Assembly (NCBI GenBank): GCA_021791415.1
Contig: JAJYWQ010000058.1
Location: forward strand, 1,507 to 65,506
From: a bacterium
GTDB lineage: Bacteria; Chloroflexota; Dormibacteria; Aeolococcales; Bog-877
Reading direction: 5' to 3'
Length of the DNA: 64,000 bases
A program made the translations under genes and the position numbers. Below the pieces are notes generated by a model that had not been told where the DNA came from, did no database searches, and saw only the letters and a list, made by a program, of their open reading frames with translations. Shown here one piece after another: positions 1 through 8,711 of this stretch. Within the stretch, counting starts at the first letter, position 1, and the number at the start of each line of letters is the position of its first letter.

Positions 1-96
1 GGTCTAGCTCTTGGTGCCGTCGTGGTGGTGGAAATCCCGTTGGAGAATGAAGCCTATCCTGATGAGCAGACCATACTGGCGGTGTATACTCGGCGT

Positions 97-360
97 ATGG
101 ATAGCGGTCCGGTCGCGTGGGACGCGGCCAACCGCAAGCACCTGGGCCGGGCTCACCCGGAACGAAACATAACCCTGGACGAGATTGAAGAGGCCATGAC
201 CGATCCGGATCGAGTCGATGAACCAGACCCGCAGCGGGAACCCGTCCGGGTATTGCGGGGCCGTACACGCGCTGGGCGCTTGCTCTATGTGGCCTATGTC
301 CCGCTCTCATCGGGCCGGTACCCAGTTCATGCGCACGCCATTGGGAGGCGGGGACGATGA
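97..360 (+). CDS. BrnT-like type II toxin (putative ribonuclease)
   Basis: WDAANRKHL...ITLDEIEEAM...GRTRAGRLLYVAY...RYPVHA resembles the BrnT/RelE-like pattern. ATG97 lies 6 nt after TATACT (85-90). ATGA overlap with the next gene. Confidence 0.6.
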   Translation: MDSGPVAWDAANRKHLGRAHPERNITLDEIEEAMTDPDRVDEPDPQREPVRVLRGRTRAGRLLYVAYVPLSSGRYPVHAHAIGRRGR

Positions 361-629
361 CCAACGACCGAGCGATTGGGCAACGGTTCGGTCCAGAGGC
401 ACATCAGTATGACCCCTACGAGGGAATGACTGGTGATGAGTTCGTGGCTGAGGTGGAAGCGGCTTTCACTGCGGCGCGGAAGCATCAACGGGCCATCTCG
501 TTGAAGCTGCCGGAGGAGCTACTTGAGCGGACCAAGGCCGAGGCGTCGCGGCACGGGCTCCCGTATCAGACGTTCATCAAGGTGGTGCTGGAGAAGAGCT
601 TGGACCGGCTGGGCCGGGGCCGAGTTTGA
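357..629 (+). CDS. CopG/BrnA-like ribbon-helix-helix antitoxin
   Basis: C-terminal AISLKLPEELLERTKAEASRHGLPYQTFIKVVL is an RHH/CopG antitoxin signature; translationally coupled to the upstream toxin. Confidence 0.7.
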   Translation: MTNDRAIGQRFGPEAHQYDPYEGMTGDEFVAEVEAAFTAARKHQRAISLKLPEELLERTKAEASRHGLPYQTFIKVVLEKSLDRLGRGRV

Positions 630-910
630 CCGTGAAAGCACCACGGATGAGCGCCTACTTGGCAGCTGAGCCCTTGCACGGGCACCCGGTGGTGCTGGAG
701 CGCTCGCGAACCGGACTCGGGGCCTACGCGCCGGACCATCCGGGATGCGTTGCCATGGGGCCGACGGTGGCCGTGACCTTGGAGCGCATGGCTGGAGACA
801 TAGCCGCCCACTTGGCCGGGATGTGTGAGGATGGCGAGCCCATCCCGGAGCCCTCGGCCAGTGTCGCCATCGTAAGGCCAGCGGCTTCCCGAGGCGAGTC
901 GTCCGTCTAG
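626..910 (+). CDS. hicB: HicB-like antitoxin (no adjacent hicA)
   Basis: VVLERSRTGLGAYAPDHPGCVAMGPT...EDGEPIPEP matches the HicB N-terminal pattern. Start uncertain (626 or 647). Confidence 0.6.
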   Translation: MTVKAPRMSAYLAAEPLHGHPVVLERSRTGLGAYAPDHPGCVAMGPTVAVTLERMAGDIAAHLAGMCEDGEPIPEPSASVAIVRPAASRGESSV

Positions 911-983
911 CGTCGGCCGATGTGGCGCTGAGGCCGCCAAGCCCAGTGAGACGGGGGCGATGTACTGGCGATAGGCGGCCGCT

Positions 984-1028
984 AGTGGTCAACTAAGTGG
1001 TCATGGCACTTCGGAGCAACATGGCACT
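984..1028. repeat. Short direct repeats next to the att-like tRNA fragment (possible integrase arm-type sites)
   Basis: AGTGGTCA at 984-991 and 996-1003; CATGGCACT at 1002-1010 and 1020-1028. Confidence 0.4.
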
Positions 1029-1041
1029 GATCGCAGAGACG

Positions 1042-1088
1042 GCGGTTTCGTAAACCGCTGGCCGGGAGTTCGAATCTCCCCGTCGGCT
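1042..1088 (+). pseudogene. 3' fragment of tRNA-Thr(CGT); probable attachment-site duplication at an island boundary
   Basis: Anticodon arm GCGGT-TTCGTAA-ACCGC, T arm GGGAG-TTCGAAT-CTCCC and 3' acceptor strand CGTCGGC-T are present. No matching 5' acceptor GCCGACG and no D arm upstream. Confidence 0.75.
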
Positions 1089-1207
1089 CTCTAGTCTGAT
1101 CTCAGTGGGTACCGCTGGATCACTGGCCCGGCGCGTTCGCGTCCTACCGCAGTTCTCAGCCCTCAAGTGCCGAACGCTCTCGGTTAGACCGCCTGATGGC
1201 CAGCGGC

Positions 1208-2413
1208 TCAGAGCGAGTCGAGGAATCGGCGAACCGCGAGGTTCCACGCCTCGGGATCCTCGAAATAAGGGGAGTGGCCGCACCCGCTTAGTTCCACGAT
1301 CCGGCTATTGGGTAGCAGGCCGGCGAGCGCCCGGACTGCAGGCGGGGCGATGAGGGTGTCGCCGTCGCCAACCAGGCAAAGCACCGGCATGGTCAGGCGG
1401 GCCGCCTCTGACTCGTCGTGGCTGACCTGTATCAACCGCGGGAACATGACGGCCGGATCTGCGCCGCCCATGCCCCCCAGAGACTGGTAAAGGTGCGCAC
1501 GTTCGGGATGGCGTTCGCTGAAGGCCTTCCCAAGCGCCCGGTGCGCGCCGAGCACCTCCGGGGCCTCGAAGCGGGCGGCGGGCCCGCGGTCCCACGCGAC
1601 CTCTATCGCGGGTGAGGTGATGCCCCCTAGGGTGTCCGCGAGCACGAGGCTGCGCGCCAGCCCCGGACGGGCGAGCGCAACCCCTACAGTCGTCCAACCG
1701 CCCATGGACTGGCCGACTAGGTCCGCTCTGTCCACTCCAAGATGGTCTAGGACCGCCAGCAGGTCACCGACGGCGACCTCCGGACCCGAGAGCCCGGCGA
1801 GGTCGCTGGAGCGGCCATAACCACGGTGGTCCCACGTGATCACCTTGCGGTCCGCAGCGAAAGGTGCCACCTGCTGGTACCACACGGCGTGATTCCCGCC
1901 GGCGCCGTGGCTCAAAACCATTGGCACCCCTCCCTCACCCACGACCTCGAAGTAGATCTGCTCCCCTCCACTTTCCACGAACCCCGTGCGGCGGGGGAGC
2001 GCTTTCGAGGCGCCAGTTGCGTCCGCCCGGGCGGCCCGGCTCCGGACCGCGACGCAGTCCATCTCCACCCTTGCGCCCAGCACCAGTTCCACCCCGCCGA
2101 CGGCGATCCGAGCCGGCGGGGTCTCGCGGAAGAATGCGCTGTACGCCTCGTTCATCGCCGCGAACTCGGCCATGTCGGCCATGTACACGTTCACCTTCAC
2201 CACGTCGTCCCAGGTGGCTCCAGCGGCACGGAGGATCTGATTGATATTGACGAGCGTCTGGGTGGTCTCGGCCCTGATGCCGCCGGGGACGAGCGACGGG
2301 CCATCGGCGCCGATCGTCCCGGACACGTGTATCACGTCGCCCGCCACGCCGGCATGCGAGAACTGCGGCAGCCGTCCCAGGCCCTCAACTACGAGGCGCT
2401 CAACCCTGCTCAT
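1208..2413 (-). CDS. Fusion of a RidA/YjgF imine deaminase with an alpha/beta-hydrolase
   Basis: N-terminal FSHA..AGDVIHVSG..VVKVNVY..MNEAYSAFF..PPARIAVG..VEMDC (Rid, catalytic Arg kept). C-terminal HGAGG, DHRGYGRS, GQSMGG nucleophile elbow and GHSPYFE. Confidence 0.85.
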   Translation of the reverse strand: MSRVERLVVEGLGRLPQFSHAGVAGDVIHVSGTIGADGPSLVPGGIRAETTQTLVNINQILRAAGATWDDVVKVNVYMADMAEFAAMNEAYSAFFRETPPARIAVGGVELVLGARVEMDCVAVRSRAARADATGASKALPRRTGFVESGGEQIYFEVVGEGGVPMVLSHGAGGNHAVWYQQVAPFAADRKVITWDHRGYGRSSDLAGLSGPEVAVGDLLAVLDHLGVDRADLVGQSMGGWTTVGVALARPGLARSLVLADTLGGITSPAIEVAWDRGPAARFEAPEVLGAHRALGKAFSERHPERAHLYQSLGGMGGADPAVMFPRLIQVSHDESEAARLTMPVLCLVGDGDTLIAPPAVRALAGLLPNSRIVELSGCGHSPYFEDPEAWNLAVRRFLDSL

Positions 2414-3111
2414 CGGGCCATCCTTGCACCGCGGGACCGTTCACGCTCGTGTCGCGCGTCGCGGTGCCGGTGACTATCGACCGCGAGTCGAATGGCCGCG
2501 ATCCAACTGCTGGTGGGAGTTCCAGGTCGTGACTCCCGGTGACGGCAAGTACCGCCATCGACGGGAGCGCGGACCCGAGTTCCACGAGCCGCAGTGTACC
2601 GGGCCAGGACGCAGTTTGCGGCACCACGGACGGGCGGCAAACTGAGTGCATCCATCCCGGATCCCTCGTCACCCGCGCCGCGAACTCGGCGCTCCACAAT
2701 CTCGCCGCAGTGCGCGGCCAGTGATGGCCGACCTTCCCGTCTACAAGGCCCAGTGGCCGGAGTCACCTCTACCGCGCGGCACGGCTATCGGAGTCGGTTA
2801 GGGCGGTGCGCCGGGGCCCGGAACCGGCGATCCGAAGTGCGTCACCAGGAGGGTCCGCAACCTCGCTGTGGACCGGACCGTGGCACGCGCCTGTGTGTGG
2901 AGGACGCTCTGGGGCGACCGGTAGCAGGGCGCAGCGCCCACCGGCCGCCAGATCGCCGCGAGTCCGACATCCCGCGGGACGGGTTCGCGGCAGCGGGCCT
3001 CGGTGCGGCCGGAGCGAGGCGGTCATCCCGCGAGTCACCACTATTCCACGTCCGACCGGCTCGGCCGAGGTGCAGTCCCCAGTCCGCCCCGGAGGCAGGG
3101 GGAGATGCGAC

Positions 3112-4323
3112 TCAGATGTCCTGGAGCCCGGAGATCAACCGGTCCACGTCAGCGTGGTCGTTGTAGTGGACCAGCCCGGCACGTACCGCACCCTGGGGCT
3201 GAAGTCCCAGCGCCCGCGTTATCTCATAGGCATAGTTGTCCCCACTCCACACATTGACACCCCGTGCCGCTAGAAGGGACGCGACGCCGTCGGGAGTGTG
3301 CCCTGCCACGGTGAAATAGGCCGTTGGGGCGCGCCGGACGGCTCGACCGAAGACGGTGATCCCAGGCATCTCCAACAGGGCCCCGAGCAGGACTTTGAAG
3401 AGGCGTTCCTCACTCGCCTCGACCGCGGCCATGGCCCGAAGGATCCGCTGCCGGCGCGACCCGGGGGCCGTACCTGCCAGGCCGGCCAGATGCTCGACCG
3501 CGGCCGTCACCCCGGCGTAGTCGGCGAATGGTGGCGTCCCCAGCTGGAAGCGGTCCGGAACACTGTCGCTGGCGGGGAGCAACTTATCGGGCCTAAAGCG
3601 ATCGAGAAGGTCAGGCGGAGCCACCAGGGCGGCCACATGCGGCCCGCACCACTTGTACGCCGAGGTGACATAGAAGTCAGCTCCCAGGCTTTGGACGTCC
3701 ACCGGGGAGTGAGGGGTGGCGTGGACCCCGTCCACGTAGGTCAAGGCCCCTTCGCGGTGGGCAATGGCGCTGATACCGGAGACGTCAGGTCGGGTGCCGA
3801 GGACGTTGCTGGCGGCGGTGACCGCCACCAGTCTGGTCCTAGGGCCGACCAGTCTTTCGTACTGCTCCAGCGGGAGCTCCCCGGAGTCGAGGTCCACCTC
3901 CGCCACCCGCACCGTGGCACCGGCCCGGGACGCAGCCTGCACCCAAGGGCGGAAGTTGCCGTCGTGCTCCAACCGCGATATGACGATCTCGTCGCCGGGC
4001 GACCACTCGCGGGCCAGCAGGTCGGAGAACTTGTAGGTGAGCGACGTCATGCTGGGGCCCATCACGACGCCTTGGGGATCCCCACCGACCAGGTCGGCGA
4101 CCGCTTGCCGGCACTCGGCGACCAGGTAGTTAGCGTGCTGGCTGGCTGGGAAGAAGCCGTCGGTGTTGCTGAGACCATGCCGATAGGCGCCCGCGATCGC
4201 CGAGATCACCGCTGCCGGCGTCTGGGTGCCCGCGGCTGCGTCCAGGTAGGCACGGCCATCCGCCAGCGCGGGGAACTCCGTCCGGATGGCGCGAGTGTCA
4301 AGTTCGGTGGTGTCGTTGATCAT
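3112..4323 (-). CDS. Cysteine desulfurase-like class V aminotransferase (VC1184 subfamily type)
   Basis: IRTEFPAL, YLDAAAGTQTP, EHDGNFRPW, ASNVLGT, VDGVH, SAYKWCGPH (PLP lysine), RAGLVHYN. Confidence 0.85.
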   Translation of the reverse strand: MINDTTELDTRAIRTEFPALADGRAYLDAAAGTQTPAAVISAIAGAYRHGLSNTDGFFPASQHANYLVAECRQAVADLVGGDPQGVVMGPSMTSLTYKFSDLLAREWSPGDEIVISRLEHDGNFRPWVQAASRAGATVRVAEVDLDSGELPLEQYERLVGPRTRLVAVTAASNVLGTRPDVSGISAIAHREGALTYVDGVHATPHSPVDVQSLGADFYVTSAYKWCGPHVAALVAPPDLLDRFRPDKLLPASDSVPDRFQLGTPPFADYAGVTAAVEHLAGLAGTAPGSRRQRILRAMAAVEASEERLFKVLLGALLEMPGITVFGRAVRRAPTAYFTVAGHTPDGVASLLAARGVNVWSGDNYAYEITRALGLQPQGAVRAGLVHYNDHADVDRLISGLQDI

Positions 4324-4510
4324 GTGCCTCCCCGGCATCCGTATGGCCTCCCACTTCGATTCTAGGAGGGCGGCATCGCGCCCACGCGGCGAAAGTGGCC
4401 CGGGCCAGGAGCGGTGCCGGAAGGGGCGCCGTGGGTAGACCGGGGAGTACACAACACCCGAGACCTAGAATCCGTGTTGGAGGTGGACCTCTGGCTGGTG
4501 TGCGCCGGCC

Positions 4511-5200
4511 GTGCCTGATCGCCCGCGGAGTTGGGAGTCTCACGTGGAACCGGAGCTCGACGAGGACCTGGACGGTGTACCCACGGCCGGAGGCGTGCGC
4601 GCGCTGAGCCCGGCGAGGTGGGCGGAGCTCCAAGCTCACTCCGCCGCCATACTCTCGGGGTTGGGGCTCGACTTGGACACCCCTTCGACCCGGGACACGC
4701 CCCGACGGTTCCTGCGCGCCCTGTATGACGCCACCTCGGGGTACGATGGAGATCCCAAGCTGCTGACGGTGTTCCCCACCGAGTGCCGCGGAGGGGCGGA
4801 CTGCCGCATCAGTCAGATCATCGAGGGGCCAGTCCCCTTCTTTGCCGTCTGCGAGCACCATGCGCTGCCCTTCCATGGGACGGCCCACGTGGCCTACATC
4901 GCCCACGAGCACATAGTCGGCCTGTCCAAGCTGACCCGGTTGGTGCAGGTCTACAGCCGCCGGTTCACCGTTCAGGAGCGAATCGGTCAGGAGATCGCCG
5001 ACTGGATGGTGGAGCATCTCCAGCCCCACGGAGTCGCGGTCCACCTCGAGGCGGCCCACCTCTGCACCCAGATGCGGGGAGTCCGGGATGACCGCACCCG
5101 CACGGCGACGACCTTCTGGCGCGGGGCCTACGAGTCGGACCCGGAACTGCGGAATGACTTCATGGGCACGGTGTGGCAGCACCATCAGACCCACCCCTGA
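4511..5200 (+). CDS. folE: GTP cyclohydrolase I
   Basis: TRDTPRRF, CEHHALPFHG, GLSKLTRLV, TVQER, EAAHLCTQMRG; the Zn ligands are intact. Start may be 4544. Confidence 0.92.
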   Translation: MPDRPRSWESHVEPELDEDLDGVPTAGGVRALSPARWAELQAHSAAILSGLGLDLDTPSTRDTPRRFLRALYDATSGYDGDPKLLTVFPTECRGGADCRISQIIEGPVPFFAVCEHHALPFHGTAHVAYIAHEHIVGLSKLTRLVQVYSRRFTVQERIGQEIADWMVEHLQPHGVAVHLEAAHLCTQMRGVRDDRTRTATTFWRGAYESDPELRNDFMGTVWQHHQTHP

Positions 5201-5856
5201 CGGTGGTGGGCGGCGCCACCGGGGCGCTTGGCCGCGCCGTGGTGCTGGAGCTCTCCAGGCGGGGACACCGTGTGGTGGCCATCGGGCGCACCGCGGCTGA
5301 CGTCCCTGGTGCGATTCGGACGCTGGCGGCCGACCTGACGGCGCGGGACGGGGCCGAGGCGGTTTTCGGGGAGGTCGGGGCCATGGGAGAGGTGGACTCC
5401 CTGGTGAACGTGGCCGGCGGATTCGCTCCGGGCTCGGTGGTCGAGGGAGCCGACACCGCGCTCCACCAGATGCTGGCCGTGAACCTTGAGACGGCCTGGT
5501 GGAGCTGTCGGGCGGCGGCCCCGCTCCTCACCAGGCATGGGGGTGGGGCCATCGTCAACGTGGCTTCCAGGTCGGCGGTGGGGCCAGCGGGGGGCGCCGC
5601 CGCCTATGCCGTCTCCAAGGCGGCCGTCCTGCGCCTGACCGAGGTGCTGGCCGCCGAGCTGGCGCCGTCCCGAGTCCGGGTGAACGCGGTCCTTCCCGGC
5701 GTGATCGCCACTGCCGCCAACCGAGAGACAATGCCCGCCAAGCGGATGGCAGCCGCCGTGCCACCCGGGGCCCTAGCGGCTGTGATCGCCTTCCTGATCT
5801 CGGACGCCGCCTGGCCGATCAGCGGGGCGCTCATCCCGACCTACGGCTGGAGCTGA
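5173..5856 (+). CDS. SDR-family NAD(P)-dependent oxidoreductase (possible pterin reductase)
   Basis: GGATGALG nucleotide motif, VNVAGG, IVNVAS, YAVSK catalytic motif, VRVNAVLPG. Confidence 0.85.
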   Translation: MAAPSDPPLTVVGGATGALGRAVVLELSRRGHRVVAIGRTAADVPGAIRTLAADLTARDGAEAVFGEVGAMGEVDSLVNVAGGFAPGSVVEGADTALHQMLAVNLETAWWSCRAAAPLLTRHGGGAIVNVASRSAVGPAGGAAAYAVSKAAVLRLTEVLAAELAPSRVRVNAVLPGVIATAANRETMPAKRMAAAVPPGALAAVIAFLISDAAWPISGALIPTYGWS

Positions 5857-5860
5857 TGGA

Positions 5861-6709
5861 ATGGGGCCGCTTGAGGTCCTGAAGGAGGCCGACGGCCAGG
5901 GGCCGGCGGAGATGCCGACCGCCCTGAGGGAGCTGTACGGCGGCCAGCTTGTCCTGCGGCCTCCGGTCGTGTTCGCCAACTTTGTCTCGTCCCTGGACGG
6001 GGTGGTGCACATTCCGGGGACCGGCAAGGTGGGGCGCGTTCTCAGTGGCGACAGTCAGGGAGACAGGTTCGTGATGGGCTTGCTCCGCGCCTGCGCCGAC
6101 GCGGTCCTGATCGGGGCCGGGACCCTTCGCGCCAGTCCCGCCTCCAACTGGACGCCCGCGCAAGCGTTCCCCGAGCAGGCTGTGGCCTTCCAGGAGCTGC
6201 GGCTCCGAAGGGGGCTGGCCCCCAGCCCCCGGGTAGTGGTGGCATCCGCCAGCGGGGAGCTGGACCCGGCCCACCCCGGCCTCCGGGGTGCCCTGGTCGT
6301 CACCGGGGCTTCGGGCGCTGACCACCTGCCAGGGGAGTTGGACGCCGAGGTGCTGATAGTCCCGGAGGGCCCCTCGGGGCTGGATCTCCGCTCCATGCTG
6401 GGGCAGGTGGTGCACCGGGGCTTGCCGACCATCCTCAGTGAGGCGGGCCCCCGCCTCACCGAGAGGTTGGTGGCGCAGGGGCTGCTGGATGAGCTCTTTC
6501 TGACCCTCTCACCGCTGCTGGCCGGTTGGCCAGCTGGCGGCGGGCGCAGGGGGCTGGTGGGCCAGACGGAGCTGCTCCCCCACCGGAGCGTGGGCGGCGA
6601 GCTGGTGTCGGCTCGGCGCCAGGGATCCCACCTCTTCCTCCGTTACCGCCTGACGGGGGCGGGGCCTGGGCTGTCGGGCGGGCTCAGCGGGGAACTGCCT
6701 TCGGCCTGA
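5861..6709 (+). CDS. RibD C-terminal / dihydrofolate-reductase-family protein
   Basis: ANFVSSLDG, DRFVMGLLRACADAVLIGAGTLR, EAGP, LLDELFLTLSPLLAG, LFLRY. Confidence 0.85.
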   Translation: MGPLEVLKEADGQGPAEMPTALRELYGGQLVLRPPVVFANFVSSLDGVVHIPGTGKVGRVLSGDSQGDRFVMGLLRACADAVLIGAGTLRASPASNWTPAQAFPEQAVAFQELRLRRGLAPSPRVVVASASGELDPAHPGLRGALVVTGASGADHLPGELDAEVLIVPEGPSGLDLRSMLGQVVHRGLPTILSEAGPRLTERLVAQGLLDELFLTLSPLLAGWPAGGGRRGLVGQTELLPHRSVGGELVSARRQGSHLFLRYRLTGAGPGLSGGLSGELPSA

Positions 6710-8015
6710 CTCCGGCGAGCCCGGGTGTGGGCACCGGGCTGGCCCCGGGCGACGGGCGTCGCAGCCGCACTGCCTGGGCGGCCAGGGCCAGAACCGTGAG
6801 GAGGAGCAGCAGGTTGCGCGCCTCGAGCACCAGCAAGCCGGGGCGCGCCAGTCCAAGGATCGAGGTCCAGAGGTAGGGGAACTCCATCTGGGTGAGCAGG
6901 CTGAGCAGGACGCAGCTCCAGAGAAGCATCGAGCGCTCCCTGCCGCCCAGCTCATAGGCAGCGAGGCAGGCGCAGGGAGTGAAGGCCGCCAGGTACTGAG
7001 GGGACAGCACCGGCGTGGCCACCAGGGCCGCTCCCATGGAGGTGGCGAACAGGAGCCCAGGCGGCGCCCCAGGTCGGAGCCCGGCCCAGAAGACTGCGAG
7101 CAGGAGCGCCAGCCCCAGGGCGGCGAACACGGCGACACCGACCGCCAGGTGGAGTCGGCTCCCACTCACCTCCATGGAGCCGAGTGTCCCTCTGTATACA
7201 GTCACCTGATGCAGGTGGGCGAGGGCAAGCCCCACGCCAGCCGGCAGGCTCTCGATTTCCACACCGCGTTCGAGGTTGTGAAGCTGGGAGGTGGCCAGGC
7301 CACCGTGCGACCAGAGCTGGAATCCCGCCACAACCGCCGCCACCGGGAGGAGGGCCAACAGGGCCGGGCGCCAGGTTGACGCGAACAGGGACCGCAGTCC
7401 GAGCCGGCTCCGGACCCCGGCGGCGCAGCCGGTGGAGACGAGCGGGACCAGCGCCACCAGGGCGTACTCCTTGATCAGGCCGGCGGCAAACACCAGCAGG
7501 AAGGCCGGGACGTACCGGGAGCGGGAGGTCGCGATGGCCGACGCCACAAGTAGCAACCCGATGGCGGGGTCAACACGGAAGACAACCAGCGGCCCAAGGG
7601 CGCCCAGGACGGCGACCAGCGACCAGCCGAGGCCAGGGCGGTGGGCGTGCCGTGCAACTAGGGCAACTCCGGCGAGGACCACCACCAGCATCTCCACGGC
7701 AAAGGCGAGAACGAAGTGCTCTGTCCCGGCCAGCCACGGCAGGGGGAGGAAGAGGAGGACTCCCGGCGGGTAGATGAAAGGCAGAGCTCCGTGGAAAGTG
7801 GCGGAGTAGGGGACGGTTCCGGAGAAGAGCAGGCGGGCGACTGTGGCCAGGTCCCCGAGCCCGCCGGCGGCCAGGCCCGTCCGGGCCGTGTGGGGGACGC
7901 CGCCGATTCCGAACGCGAGGGCGGGGGCGGCTCCCAAGACCAGCAGTCCCAGGGCGATGGCGGGCGGTATGGTCCACAACCCAGAGCCGGCCGGCTGCCC
8001 CGAGTCTCGGACCAT
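6684..8015 (-). CDS. GT-C fold membrane glycosyltransferase (GT87-like)
   Basis: Multi-TM protein with PFIYPP, LIKEY, ERGVEIES, VLSPQY. ATG8015 lies 7 nt after TAAACT. Confidence 0.7.
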   Translation of the reverse strand: MVRDSGQPAGSGLWTIPPAIALGLLVLGAAPALAFGIGGVPHTARTGLAAGGLGDLATVARLLFSGTVPYSATFHGALPFIYPPGVLLFLPLPWLAGTEHFVLAFAVEMLVVVLAGVALVARHAHRPGLGWSLVAVLGALGPLVVFRVDPAIGLLLVASAIATSRSRYVPAFLLVFAAGLIKEYALVALVPLVSTGCAAGVRSRLGLRSLFASTWRPALLALLPVAAVVAGFQLWSHGGLATSQLHNLERGVEIESLPAGVGLALAHLHQVTVYRGTLGSMEVSGSRLHLAVGVAVFAALGLALLLAVFWAGLRPGAPPGLLFATSMGAALVATPVLSPQYLAAFTPCACLAAYELGGRERSMLLWSCVLLSLLTQMEFPYLWTSILGLARPGLLVLEARNLLLLLTVLALAAQAVRLRRPSPGASPVPTPGLAGVRPKAVPR

Positions 8016-8073
8016 CGCCGGGAGTTTACCCGGGGAGCGGGTCCGAAACCGGGGCACCTGCTATGGTCGGAGC

Positions 8074-8709
8074 GTGGCTCCAGAGCGCCTCATCGCCTTC
8101 GCCGCGGTGGCGGTGCTGCTGATCGCGGTTCCCGGACCCAGCGTGCTCTTCATCATCAGCCGGGCGGTGAGCTTCGGCCGCCGTGTGGCGCTGCTCACGG
8201 TGTTGGGCAACAGCGCTGGAGAGGCGGTGCAGGTTGCTCTGGTGGCGCTCGGAGTCGGTGAGTTGCTCGAGCGCTCCGCGCTGGCCCTCTCGGCCATGCG
8301 TCTCGTGGGCGCGGCCTATCTGCTGTACCTAGGTTATCGCACCTTCACCTCTCGCTCGGAGATCCTCCCGGCGAAGTCGGCCGGTCCTCCCCCGGCGACC
8401 AAGTGGCGAGCCATTCTCGATGGGTCGCTCGTGGGGATCACCAACCCCAAGACGGCCGTCTTCTTCGTCACAGTCCTGCCCGCCTTCGTCACCCCCGGTA
8501 GAGCCGCGCTACCACTTCAGATCCTGGCGCTGGGATCCATCTGGGTGGCTATCGCCCTGATTTCCGACTCGCTCTGGGGTATGGCCGCGGCCCGTGCCGG
8601 GATGTGGCTGCGCTCCGCGCCTCGCCGTCGCATCCTGGTGCAGAGGTCCAGCGGGATAGTCACCGCCGGCCTCGGGGTTGGCCTGGTGGTGAGTGGCTTG
8701 CGGAGCTAG
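8074..8709 (+). CDS. LysE/RhtB-family amino acid exporter
   Basis: PGPSVLFIISRAVSFG, GAAYLLYLGY, GITNPKTAVFF; GTG lies 6 nt after TGnTATGGT. Confidence 0.9.
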   Translation: MAPERLIAFAAVAVLLIAVPGPSVLFIISRAVSFGRRVALLTVLGNSAGEAVQVALVALGVGELLERSALALSAMRLVGAAYLLYLGYRTFTSRSEILPAKSAGPPPATKWRAILDGSLVGITNPKTAVFFVTVLPAFVTPGRAALPLQILALGSIWVAIALISDSLWGMAAARAGMWLRSAPRRRILVQRSSGIVTAGLGVGLVVSGLRS

Positions 8710-8711
8710 CC

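Noticed and set aside
993-1283. 96-aa ORF containing ESRRGDSNSRPAVYETA
   Set aside because: Reverse translation of the tRNA-Thr fragment. The same artefact occurs at tRNA-Gln (10959-12212) and tRNA-Gly (40009-40377).
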